This document shows positions 37,279-47,524 of a DNA stretch of 64,000 nt, one piece after another; position 1 is the first letter of the stretch; each line of letters opens with the position of its first letter. The stretch lies in NCBI RefSeq assembly GCF_036321535.1, contig NC_087472.1, positions 102,240,001 through 102,304,000 on the forward strand, in the 5' to 3' direction. Under the pieces are notes generated by a model. It saw only the letters and a program-made list of their open reading frames with translations. It was not told where the DNA came from and made no database searches. Source of the stretch: Camelus dromedarius. Its lineage: Eukaryota. A program made the position numbers and the translations under genes.

Positions 37279-39190
37279 TATATATATATATTTCAACTGA
37301 AAAAAAATTCCTAGTATAACTCATTGCCATAACAAAGTAGCACGTGTAGTGGTTTATTTTTATTCCAAGGAGGAAACAAAATTAAGTATTTTTATAGAAC
37401 ATTTACTTCAGGTAAGAACTTCATCCTTCCTGGAACATTATAGTAATCTTAATTGTATGCTTATTAAAAAGAAAAAAATCTGTTACCATAGAAACTACCA
37501 GGGCTAGCTAGTGCCTCCATGATTTGGGCAGTTATACCTGTTGGGCCACTTAATAAAACTTACAGGTTCCTGTTTAACAGGGAAAGGCTAAAAACAGCTA
37601 CATTTGTTTTAAAGAAAGGCTAACACATTCATGGGGTAGTGCAAATCAAGATAAATGGGGAGCGCATGCGCACGCACACACCCAGACACTCCACACCACA
37701 CCCCACCAGAGTGGTTGGTAAAAATTAAGTGGCTGCCGGCTGCTGGCTTTATTTGATAATCTCTTCTGATTGTATTTCTCTATCCAAGATGCCTTTGATG
37801 TTCATTCTCACCTGTATGAAGAATACTGGATTACTGCACTGTATTAGCTTAACAGGGAAAGATGTATTTTGTTTTGCTGGTCTGAATAAGAGAGCTTTAA
37901 GGCTCAGAGAGAGTTACTCCAAGCAATATTCTAGGGATGTCCCCTTTTGCCAGCATCTTTTGCAAGCAGGTTTCGACTAGACATCAAGAGTATAATCTCA
38001 TTCACACAAAGGCACTGTAGCTTGGGTTCTTTTTAAAGCTTAAATACCTCAAGGGAGCATGGGTTCTAATACCAGGAAAGACCCCTCTCCAACTCCTTAG
38101 GGTCAACCAACACAATTCAGATTTAATATGCCCACTATCTCTTACCACACTCCATGTATTACTGACAACAAAATAAGCCTGAACAGGTGCCCAGCTGTCA
38201 CTTACTTGCTGTGTGGCCTCAGTCACTTATTCCTCTTTCAGTTGAGAAGTAGCAACAGCATTTAACAAATGTATTATGCTTGGGAGTATTCTGAGGGCCT
38301 CATGTAACAGCCACGGTCTGTGTTTTAAGATACTGAAGTTTCCTCTACCTGGTCAAGCTCAACTAGTCAACAGCAGAAGCAGAACTGTCTACATAGCAAC
38401 GACTTCTTAAGGGACAAACAGCCATGTCAAGTTCTGTGGATACTGATTATATTTTCAGAAATCTGGAATTCTAAAGGTGAGAGATTACAGAGTGGCTAAA
38501 GTTATGTTCAAAAACAGACAGGCATATGTATGTTACAGCAGTATAAAATCTTCAGTGATTAAAAAAAATCTATAAACACAATGATACTGCAAGTGAACCA
38601 TAAAACCCTCAGTTACCCCTTTGAAACTAGATTTTAAAATATCACACCCCACTCTAATTATACAATTGATGTTAACTTTCATAGTGACTCCTGCTTTTAA
38701 GAAAATCTTCATTTCACATTTGGGGCCTGATATTAAAACTTATCACCATGAAGTGCTAGTAACAGCAAAAGACAGACAAAGTGCTTATCAAGCAGTCTTT
38801 CTCCAAGCTCCAAAGAAAGCACAAAACAAAAACAGCATCTACTGTGCATCAACCCCCTTGTCTTTTTCCAGGTATGGAGCAGCCAAAAGGAGGTATGACA
38901 CACATTACTGCGAAATTCTATTTCAAGTTCAAGTAATGATAAGATGAGAAACTACAGCTGTCCCCCAAGGTGGATATCTGGGGTCCACCTCTAGCCCTAA
39001 AAAGGAAGCCTTTGACAGACGTCCTCTTGCAGCCCTCTGTCCCTGCTGTGCAATTTGTCATTAAGGCTTTCCAGTTTAATGTTAATATTCAGAACTATGC
39101 TAGTGGGCAAATATATACAGTATATACGTAAATATTACAAGTAGTCTATAGAGCAGACAATATTCAGTCGTGGGCCCCAGACCCTAAAGA

Positions 39191-39221
39191 CACATACACA
39201 CACACACACACACGCACACAC
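39191..39221. repeat. (CA)n imperfect microsatellite
   Basis: CACATACACACACACACACACACGCACACAC read directly. Confidence 0.85.
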
Positions 39222-39239
39222 CCTTCAAGTTCAAATCCT

Positions 39240-40460
39240 GCAAAGCACCCGAGCGCCCACTCACCCAGGGGAGGGAAGGGCAGGAGCCGCGAAGAGAGGT
39301 TGAACAAGACACCAGCCAAAACAAAAATCACTTCCAGAAGACGGCAAACTTGGGTCTGGGCGGCTGCAGAGCCCCAAAAACGCCGGGGAGGGGACGGAGT
39401 GTCCGTCTGTCTCAGGGGAGAAAGACGGGGAGTGCACCCAGCACCGCTGGGCTGCGGAGGAGGCTGGTGTCTCCCGGGGGACAAGGGCGTCGCCGCCATT
39501 CCCGGCTGCGAAGCCCCTCTCCGAGACCTGGCTGAGGCCTCCGGGTGCCCGTGGGCAGTCCGGTTGCCCCACCCCGCCCCCTGTCCCCATCGAAATGGTC
39601 CCCACAAACCTACAAGGGCAAGGGCGCGGGGACCTACCTGGTGTAGGGTCTCGGCAGGCAGCTGCGATGCCCGAAACAGGTCTGCCACGGGGCCCGCGGC
39701 TGCGGTGGCCGCGCCGGGGGCGGCCCTGGCTGCCTCAGGGGGCCCGGACCCTGGGCCCCCGCCTGCGGCGCCGGCGCAGCGCGCGAAGAGCTCGGAGTAG
39801 CACTGCTGCTCGCCCTCGCTCAGCAGCAGCGGCGGTCCGGAGCCGCAGCCCCCACCCGCCGCCGCCTCCATGGGGCCTAAAAGGGGGCCCGGCAGGGCAC
39901 CGTTCCCGCCTGGGGCACCTCCGCCTTCTCCACAGCCTTCTCCAGCTCAGCCTCGGCCTTAGCCGCCACCGCCCCCACGCCCCGCAGCTGCCGCGCGGCC
40001 GCTTCCTCCCGGCGCGCCCCGGCCCCGCCCCCGGACTTGAATGTTGTGCCTCCGCCGCGCGGCACATGGAGACAGGCGCCGCACGAACCAATCTCGGCCG
40101 GGGATCGTACCCCGGCCCCGCCCCCGGCACCCGCCCCTCCCCGCCCCGCCCCGCCCGCGCCGCGCCAGGTAACTAACTCCGCGCGCCGCCGGCCCAACAG
40201 ACCGTCACCTGCTCCGCCCGCGCTGCGAGGTCCAGAGGGAAGAGGCCAGCGTCGTTCTGCGTCCACCTGGAGCGAGAGGAGCGTCTCTGGCTCTCCTCCC
40301 TGGTTGGCAAGGGAGACATCTAGACATACCTGGAGAATGGCGCTTTTCAGGGTGCGGGAAGGCTGTGGTGTTTTCTCCCTAGGACGCTGGAGCAAGTGTA
40401 GTGCCCACGACAAGCCGGGTCCTTACCAGAAAGGGACGACGCATGAGAAATTAGGTTTCC
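39240..40460. promoter_or_regulatory. REPS2: CpG island / REPS2 promoter, 5' UTR and exon 1
   Basis: Abrupt rise in GC and CpG density against CpG-poor flanks. Several Sp/KLF GC boxes (CCCCGCCC at ~40023, ~40116, ~40139-40156) and CCAAT at 40088-40092. No obvious TATA box. Confidence 0.9.
39638..39871 (-). CDS. REPS2: REPS2 (RALBP1-associated Eps domain-containing protein 2 / POB1), coding part of exon 1, 78 codons
   Basis: Translation MEAAAGGGCGSGPPLLLSEGEQQCYSELFARCAGAAGGGPGSGPPEAARAAPGAATAAAGPVADLFRASQLPAETLHQ matches the mammalian REPS2 N-terminus as I recall it. ATG at 39871-39869 (context CCCCATGG). Similarity stops exactly at a phase-0 donor CAG|GTAGGT (GT at 39637-39636). Confidence 0.95.
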
Positions 40461-40804
40461 CTTTTTCAATGACAGTACTGCTGATGTCTTGAAAAGCTGG
40501 AGTGAAGAGATCTCCATACGAACAAGGTCCCAGTGACTCCCTATAGTATTCATGGTGGCGATGAGGTTAGGCCGCTTTCTCAGGCAAGGCTCAGACCTGG
40601 AGGAATAACATCCGTTAGTATTAAATACTAGAGTAATAGGGGGAAAAAGCCCTGGAAAGAATTGCACTTGTATATGCATTAAGCCTGGCTAGGAAACACT
40701 AACCCAAGGGGAAAAAATCGGCCCAGGATTAAGCACTAATAAAAAAAATACGTTTTAGAATTTGCTTTAATACAGGGATATATTTTTTCACCCCCAAGTA
40801 CTTT

Positions 40805-41095
40805 TAATTAAAACAAAAAAAAAAACCCACCTCAAGAAATAGCACTGATAACAAATATACTTTGGTATTTTCATCAACTAAAATAAGGACCAAGGACAGG
40901 AAGAGAGGAAAAGGAAAAAAAATAGCATAAGGTAAAGACAGTGGAAGGGGGAAAGGTGAAGAGAGATACATAAGATTTATAACAATAAATAAAAGAAACA
41001 ACAAAAAAAAGAGATACATAAGAAGAAAAAAGAAAAGCAATGTTCCCTTTCTGGAATCTGAAGAAATGAAATAGAGAAAGAGGATCCAAAAAAAA
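40805..41095. repeat. A/G-rich low-complexity tract
   Basis: Runs of A and AAG/AGA; gives the F/L-rich spurious ORFs on the minus strand. Confidence 0.6.
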
Positions 41096-41469
41096 TCACT
41101 TAAGATTTCCTTGCACCGTATTTTGCTTCAGACTTGCCAGGAGAGAATTAAGACAGCAGTAGGCTTGGAGACAAGAGTACCAAAAGGATAGGTAAGTTAG
41201 GAGAGGCAAAGGCTAACTCAGCTGGGAAATTTCCACTTCAAAATCTCACCACCATTGTATTTTCCACAACTGTAATACCTTCTCAGGAAAACTGGAGGCC
41301 AAGAGATCATGTTTATTCTTTTGCTACCTTTCGCATTGTACTCAGGCTTCCCTGAGAATGGCCCATCATTCTAACAGACGTTAGAAAGAGACCTACTCTT
41401 CGTGATAAACGCCAAATCCTACTTTCCCCTGTGACTCCTGCAAAAAGAAATGTGAGAAAAATAATCCCT

Positions 41470-41625
41470 AACATTCATAAAGTTCAAACTACGTTATCTA
41501 TTTAAGCCACATAGTACTCTCTGAAGTAGATTGGGAGAACATTTTTATCCCTAATTTGCAGATGAGAAAATGGATACAGAGATGGTGTGATTTGCCCAAC
41601 TGAATTCTGGATTCGGAGCTGATCT
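41470..41625 (-). mobile_element. MIR SINE
   Basis: TTTTTATCCCTAATTTGCAGATGAGAAAATGGATACAGAGATGGTGTGATTTGCCCAA (reverse MIR core). Confidence 0.7.
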
Positions 41626-41714
41626 TTGTTACTCAACTCAGTTCAGTAAATTTGACAGATACTTAAGCACCAGATACTTCAGAGATGGGTAGGAGGTCTT
41701 ACATCTGTGCCTAT

Positions 41715-42250
41715 CAATCCATCAGTCAGCACTTACTAGTAGAACAGGAAGTATTGACTATGTCCCTAGTGGAGTACTGTGAGAGATTAAAAAATATATA
41801 TACAAGATGTGTTGCTCTCAAGGAGTCTGCAGCCTCACTGGAAAAGACAAAACTAACACCACAAATAAAAACAAACAATAAAAGACAGTATAAAATTAAG
41901 TGCTAAACTGTGTACCCCGGGCTAAGTGCTGTGGGAGTTTAGAGAAGAGAGAAAATCTCTGCGCCAGCGCTCAACCAGGATGGCTTGATGAAGGGGGCCC
42001 CCCAAGATGGATGGTGACTATTGGGTGGGGCTCAGGAGGTGATAGGACAGGACCGAGAGGGAGGATCACAGGAGAGGGAGGAGCCCCAGAGACTTGGCAC
42101 CAGGGAAGTGAGGAGTGAGGGACTGAAGGCTGGGGCAGGAGGGAGGGGCAGCCTCTGATGGGCTGTGGGATGCCAGAAAGAAGATGCTCTATGAAGGACT
42201 AGAGGCACAGCAAGAAGTGACCCAACAGCAGCAACGTTTTAACCCGGGAC
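41715..42250 (-). mobile_element. L2 fragments
   Basis: CAATCCATCAGTCAGCACTTACT...GCTCTCAAGGAGTCTGCAGCCT...AAGTGCTGTGGGAGTTTAGAGAAG (reverse L2 3' region). Confidence 0.6.
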
Positions 42251-42666
42251 ACAGGAGGAAAAAAATGGCATTTTTAAAATGTTTTACTATCTAAGGAATG
42301 CCAAGTACTATTCTTTATTTCTACAACACTTTTTTGAATAGAAGAAATAGTTACCAAACTTCAAAATAAACACAGATAAGAATGTAGAAGCTAGAAACAC
42401 TCATATCCCATTAAGTCTGACAGTAAACAAGAACATTTTAGAGAGAATTTCTTCATCCTTTTTGCAGTTCTAAACTTATACACTGGTTTTGGCTCCATCA
42501 AGGACCAGAAAAGTCAGAATGATAATCTATTCATGAATAGCCAAGAGATAGTCTTTAAGTTATGTTTTTTTTTTCCTTTTAAATCCAGCATCAGCACCCT
42601 GCATGAAGATGAGAACTTAAACTCAGAACAAGGCTCTGGTGACCTATAGGGAAGAGTTTTCTAAAG

Positions 42667-42969
42667 CAGAGCTTGGAAAGCTAGGACCACTTATGGCTCA
42701 CGAGTTAAGAATGGGTTTTACTTTTTTTTTTTTTTTTTTGGATGGTTGAAAAAAATGTGTGCTTTCTGTACACTGAATAATATTTCAGGACATGTGAAAA
42801 TTATGTGAAATTCACATTTCACTGTCCATGAGCAAAGTTTTATTGGAACACAGCACACTCATTCATTTCTGTGTTGTCTGTGGCTGTTTTGCACTGCAAT
42901 GGCAGAGTTGAGTCGTCACCTAAAATATTTTCTCTCTGGCCCTTTACAGAAAAAATTTGCTGACTCCTG
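42667..42969. mobile_element. MER58B-like hAT-Charlie element
   Basis: AAAGTTTTATTGGAACACAGCAC...CCCTTTACAGAAAAAATTTGCTGACTCCTG. Confidence 0.8.
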
Positions 42970-43846
42970 TTAGGTCTATGAAGACCTAATATTTACTTAT
43001 ACCTACAGCCAATTTACGGTCACCTGGGAGGGGGCAGTATGGAGAATTCTATTTGGCTTCTCTGAGTTTCAGAATTTTCATGAGCGATACTGAGATACTT
43101 GAGATTGTATCTCAAAGATTGGTAAACTTTAAAAAGTATTTATTGAGGGACCAACCAATGTAAACATTAAACAATTACTTGTTTGGCTGACTTTAATGTT
43201 TTTTTCTAGAAGTGAAGAAAGGTAGATCTTTAACAGTGCGAGAAGGAATCCTATTCCCCTGGCCACATTTTTCTCCTGAGAAAGTTTCCTCTCTACTCCC
43301 CAGGAGGAAATATTGAGGAAGTAACATTGGCTCTTCTCCCAGCTCCTCTCGCTTAGTCTTCTCTAAGGAAGAAGTGATTGAAGGGAGAAGAAACTGATCA
43401 TTCCTGGTTCCAACAGTGTCTCTGTCTCCATCTGTCTTTTTCTGTCTCTGGGTGCGCATCTCGCTCTCTTTCTCTCTCAAGCTCTCTCCACCACTACCAC
43501 CCCTGAATTCTGCAGCCCTCAGAGGGGACTCCACTCTATCCCTGATTCCACGTGGAAAGTTTGTAGACACTCTCAGAGGTAGGGGAGGAAGCAGGTAGGG
43601 AGAGGAAGAAGCCTGATCGTGGCCACAAACCCCATCAGAATCTCCAATCCAACTCCAGCAACAATGAAGCTGAAGTTGGCCATGTGGACCCACCTAATTT
43701 TTTCTACACTCCTAGAGAAAGAGAGGGCTTGGAGTACTCAAATCCTCGTATGCCCTACAGGGCACTAGTGACGATGGAATCTTACAAGTTACTGTCTCCC
43801 ATAAACCCAGTTTTAAATATTGGTGAAATTACATCCTTGTACGCAC

Positions 43847-43851
<5 letters not shown>

Positions 43852-43889
<38 letters not shown>
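43852..43889. repeat. (TG)19 perfect microsatellite
   Basis: Read directly. Confidence 0.95.
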
Positions 43890-43890
<1 letters not shown>

Positions 43891-44444
43891 TAATGTGCCC
43901 GATTCCTTCCTATACCAACTCCATCCTTTGAAACAAAAGCTTGACACATTGAGAAGGTGACTGCTCTCAAGCAACAAATGGCTTGTTCTCTGCAGCCCTG
44001 CTGGCCTCTTATGTAAGGTATCAGGCAATTCACCTCTCTCCTTCGAGTGAAGCTTTTAGTAGCCCTGGAAATGGCTGAATAGCTGAGCAGAAATGTTAAA
44101 AAACTGTGCACTGGGAAAGTCCAAGAGTTATGTCAGACAACCTGGAGCCAACAATTCTCACTACTTGTTAACAATAGCAAGCTGTCTAACCTTCAGAAAG
44201 CAGCTTCCTGCTTTGTTTCCCTGAACAGGATTTTGGATAATAATTATCTTAGCCATATATTTTCATGGTGCTTTTTTTTAATTACCCATAATACTCAAAA
44301 CATTCTGTCAGAGCTTTTTTCTAAGTTTTAAAGGAATAAAAAAAACTCTTACTCTAGTTATTCTGCACATCAGTCTTCACAGATTTGAGCATGGATCATT
44401 ACTGATAATAAATTGACAGAAATTCTAAAAATCACATTTCACCA

Positions 44445-44826
44445 GGCAGTGCACCCATCAGTGAGCATGCCTGCTAATGGCTCGCAACTGCTCACTTCTT
44501 TGGAGACTTGCCCTCAGCCAACCTGGAGCTGTTTCAGGGCAGTTACATCTCCACAGCCCCCACTGAGCAGCCCCCAGCAAATTGCTGACTGACTTATATA
44601 AAAGGCCAGCCCCTTGCCTCAAGGGGAAACCAACTCTGTGGTACAAATCATGCTCCAGAGAGCCCCAAGGGATCAGGTGGGGTTAAGTCTCCAGCTGGGA
44701 TGGCTTCCTTGCTTAGCCCTTCTCCAGCCCCACCCTGCTTCCTTCACTCCCCTTCTCTCTCAACGAAGCACTCACACGGGAATCCTCACCTCAGTTTCTG
44801 CTCCCAAAGAACCCAAACTGAGCCAA
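44445..44826 (+). mobile_element. ERVL LTR16-like solo LTR
   Basis: GGAGACTTGCCCTCAGCC...TATATAAAAGGCCAGCCCCTTGCCTCAAGG...AATCCTCACCTCAGTTTCTGCT; retains a TATA-like motif at ~44596. Confidence 0.7.
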
Positions 44827-45680
44827 GATTTAACATCAGAGAGTAATGCTACTCACATCTCATAGAAAAAGCATGTGCAGCACAAGTTAATCCGTAAATA
44901 TTTAAGTGGTCTCAGTAGAGTATATATAGTCCTGCACTCAAAAAACAAAGACTGCTTTCCCAGCACTGCAAACAGAATCCTTTTATGGCGAATACAGATT
45001 GTGGCCTCATTCTTCATTTTTGTTTCCTGCTCTTTCTACTTCAACCAAGTTGATTGGCCACTGGGCCATCTAGGATCTGAGTCACAGCTTTGCTAGGTCA
45101 GGGATGTGTTTATCACATCCTTGAGGGTATCACAACCCATAGGAGAGTGCAGGTACATAAATCGCGATTCCAGTTAACTGACTTACATCCATTGTGATAT
45201 GTGTTCTGTGAACCGTAAGTTTCATGTACATAGCATTCCCTTTCCGGTGCATAAGTTAAAAAAAAAAAAAAAAGAACTGCTTCTCAAATGCAGAACCATA
45301 GGAACAAAGAAACTGAATAAGGGCATTTTTCACAAAAATGTTTCCAAATAGTATCTTGAGGACAAGTAGCATGTCTTAATCATCTCATGCTCAGTAAATA
45401 ATTGATTTGATTCAAGAGAGGAATCAGAATTACCTGGAAAGTTCTAGAAACACAATGGCAACATTTCCTTTCAAGATTTCCTCTTATAAGAAACTTGTTT
45501 GCCTTCACCACTAAATCCCCTCCTAGTTTAAACCAATTTTCAGGACATAATTTCATTCTCAATTTCATGTCTCTTTTTACATTTTTAGTCATTTCTTTAA
45601 TTCTGTAAGAGTTCCAGCCAGTCACTAAAAACTTACGTTTTAGTTTAGCTGTTTCCTGATGACTTCCGAGCAATTACCGT

Positions 45681-45760
45681 ATATTATTATTATCTCAATA
45701 ATATCATTATCATATATATCATATCATTATGATATTATTAATATCATTATTATCTCAGTA
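45681..45760. repeat. AT-rich degenerate tandem repeat (ATATCATTAT-like units)
   Basis: ATATTATTATTATCTCAATAATATCATTATCATATATATCATATCATTATGATATTATTAATATCATTATTATCTCAGTA. Confidence 0.7.
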
Positions 45761-45920
45761 ATAGTTTCCAAAATAACAATGTAGATTTTGAGTCTTGGAA
45801 ATGTTCGTCTCTACCTTTACTCTCATTTATAGATTATATGACAGAATGGTGGAAAGTACTAATTTTACATTTACACAGCTGTCCAGGCAGCATGATTTCA
45901 AAGTGCTTAAGCTATGGAAT

Positions 45921-46421
45921 TGTATTAGTAATCTGTTGCTATATAACAACAAACATTTAATTTTGTGAGATATCACAGTGCTGAGGGTGCAAAATTCGGA
46001 AGTGACTTAGCTGAGTCGTTCTGGCTTAGGGTGTCTCAGGAGGTTGCAGCCAAGCTATCAACAAGGGCTGCGGTCATCTGAAAGCTGGACTGGGGCTAGA
46101 GGATCCATTCCAAGATGGAGCACTCACACGGCTGTTGACAAGTGGCCTCAATGCTCCCTGATGTGGGCTTCTCCACAAGGCTGTCTGAGTGGCTTCAGGA
46201 CAAGGCAGCTGGCTTCGCCCAAAGCCAGTGATCTAAGACAGAATGCTTCTGCAGCCACCTTGGCTTTTATGATCTAGTCTCCAAAGAGACACACCACCTC
46301 TGCCATATTCCATTTGTCAGAAGTAATCACTAAGTCCAACTCACACTCAAAATGAGGGAACTTAAGCTCCAGCTCTTGAAAGAAATGTCAAAGAATTTAT
46401 GGACACATTTTAAACCAACAC
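45921..46421 (-). mobile_element. MaLR LTR (MLT1F/G-like)
   Basis: TGTATTAGTAATCTGTTGCTATATAACAA...GGACACATTTTAAACCAACACA. Confidence 0.8.
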
Positions 46422-46579
46422 ACAACTCTTCACAGAACTGGTTCTGAACTACTGTCTTGTTCTTCAGAGTCTCTATCAAATTTGCAAAGAGCTTTTTAAT
46501 ATGGTTTTGAGTTCAAATTGATGCCAATCTCTTTATAACCTTACAATTAGAACAGACAGGATTTTAAATAGTCATAGGC

Positions 46580-47092
46580 ATTATTTTACTTTATTAACTT
46601 TTTTGAGTAATTTAGGGCTCACAGGAAATTGCAAAAATAGTACAAAGAACTCCTGTATACATTTTACCCAGATTCCCCAAATATTACCACATTTGCTGTA
46701 TTATTCCCCCTCTCTCTCTCTATGTATATTTTTTTCTGAGTCATTTGAGAATAAGTTGTAGACATAATATCCCTCTACCCTGAATACTTTAGTGTACATT
46801 TCCTTAAAACAATGATATTCTCTTGTTTAACCACTGTACAATTATCAAAATCAGAAAATTAACTATCATCTAATCTATAAACTTTATTCAATTGGTACCA
46901 ATTGTCCCACTAATGTCCTTTATAGTAAAAGGGAAAAAAAGCTTTTTTTCCTCATCCAGGATCCAGTCTGGGATCACATGTTGCATTTCATTGTCACATC
47001 TCTTTAGTGTCCTTTCATCAAAGCAGTAACTCAGTCTTTCTCTGTCTTTCATGACCTTGATATTCTTGAAGACTACAAGCCATTTATTATCT
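46580..47092 (-). mobile_element. Old L1 (L1MC4/5-type) 3' region
   Basis: CACAGGAAATTGCAAAAATAGTACAAAGAACTCC...CCAGGATCCAGTCTGGGATCACATGTTGCATTT. Confidence 0.75.
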
Positions 47093-47524
47093 CAGTTGGG
47101 GAGCAAATAATATTCAGTCTGCTTACAAACCTGTATCTTCATTCCTATGTAAGCTTTGTAAATCTTTCGAGAAGCACATAAAAATAAGCACTGCTAAATA
47201 TTTTTAAAGTCTATCAGTGGCTGGTGAGCCAACTGACGATTCTGAGAGTTGATACAGGGAAAGAATCAAACACTGATCTTGCCTTCCTTGTCAAGCTATA
47301 GCACTACAGACCCAAATAGTAGGTGAAGTAGAATCACAGAAAGACTAATGGAATTAAAATATCACCATTTTGCAGCCCCTAATGAATAAATAAATCCAAA
47401 CACTGATCATCAGTGGCTGCTAACATCACAAAAAGGGTCAGACATTATGTGCTTCTGGCTAGAATACTCAACACCACCTATGAAGTACATCTACCAAAAA
47501 AGCAAACCTATGTAATCTTAAATC

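Larger units (their letters stand above)
1..39637 (-). other. REPS2: REPS2 intron 1 (continues beyond the left edge of the window)
   Basis: Begins at the GT donor at 39637. The expected next peptide (ITELCGAKRVGYFG...) was not seen in the ORF track or by eye. The sequence is repeat-rich and non-coding. Confidence 0.8.

Noticed and set aside
37812..37881. Possible 70-nt minus-strand exon (TCTCTTATTCAG| ... CAG|GTGAGA)
   Set aside because: Short polypyrimidine tract and no other support; such pairs occur by chance in 40 kb of intron.
39164..39637. C-terminal 157 aa of the 235-aa ORF 39164-39871
   Set aside because: Read-through into intron 1 past the CAG|GTAGGT donor; REPS2 similarity ends at ...TLHQ and the tail includes a translated (TG)n repeat.
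39261..40492. Several long overlapping ORFs on both strands in the CpG island (39300-39800, 39595-40176, 39735-40130, 40037-40492)
   Set aside because: Stop-codon scarcity in GC-rich DNA; low-complexity P/A/R/G peptides with no recognisable domain.
43193..43693. 166-aa minus-strand ORF
   Set aside because: Arises from a CT-rich low-complexity tract; no recognisable domain.
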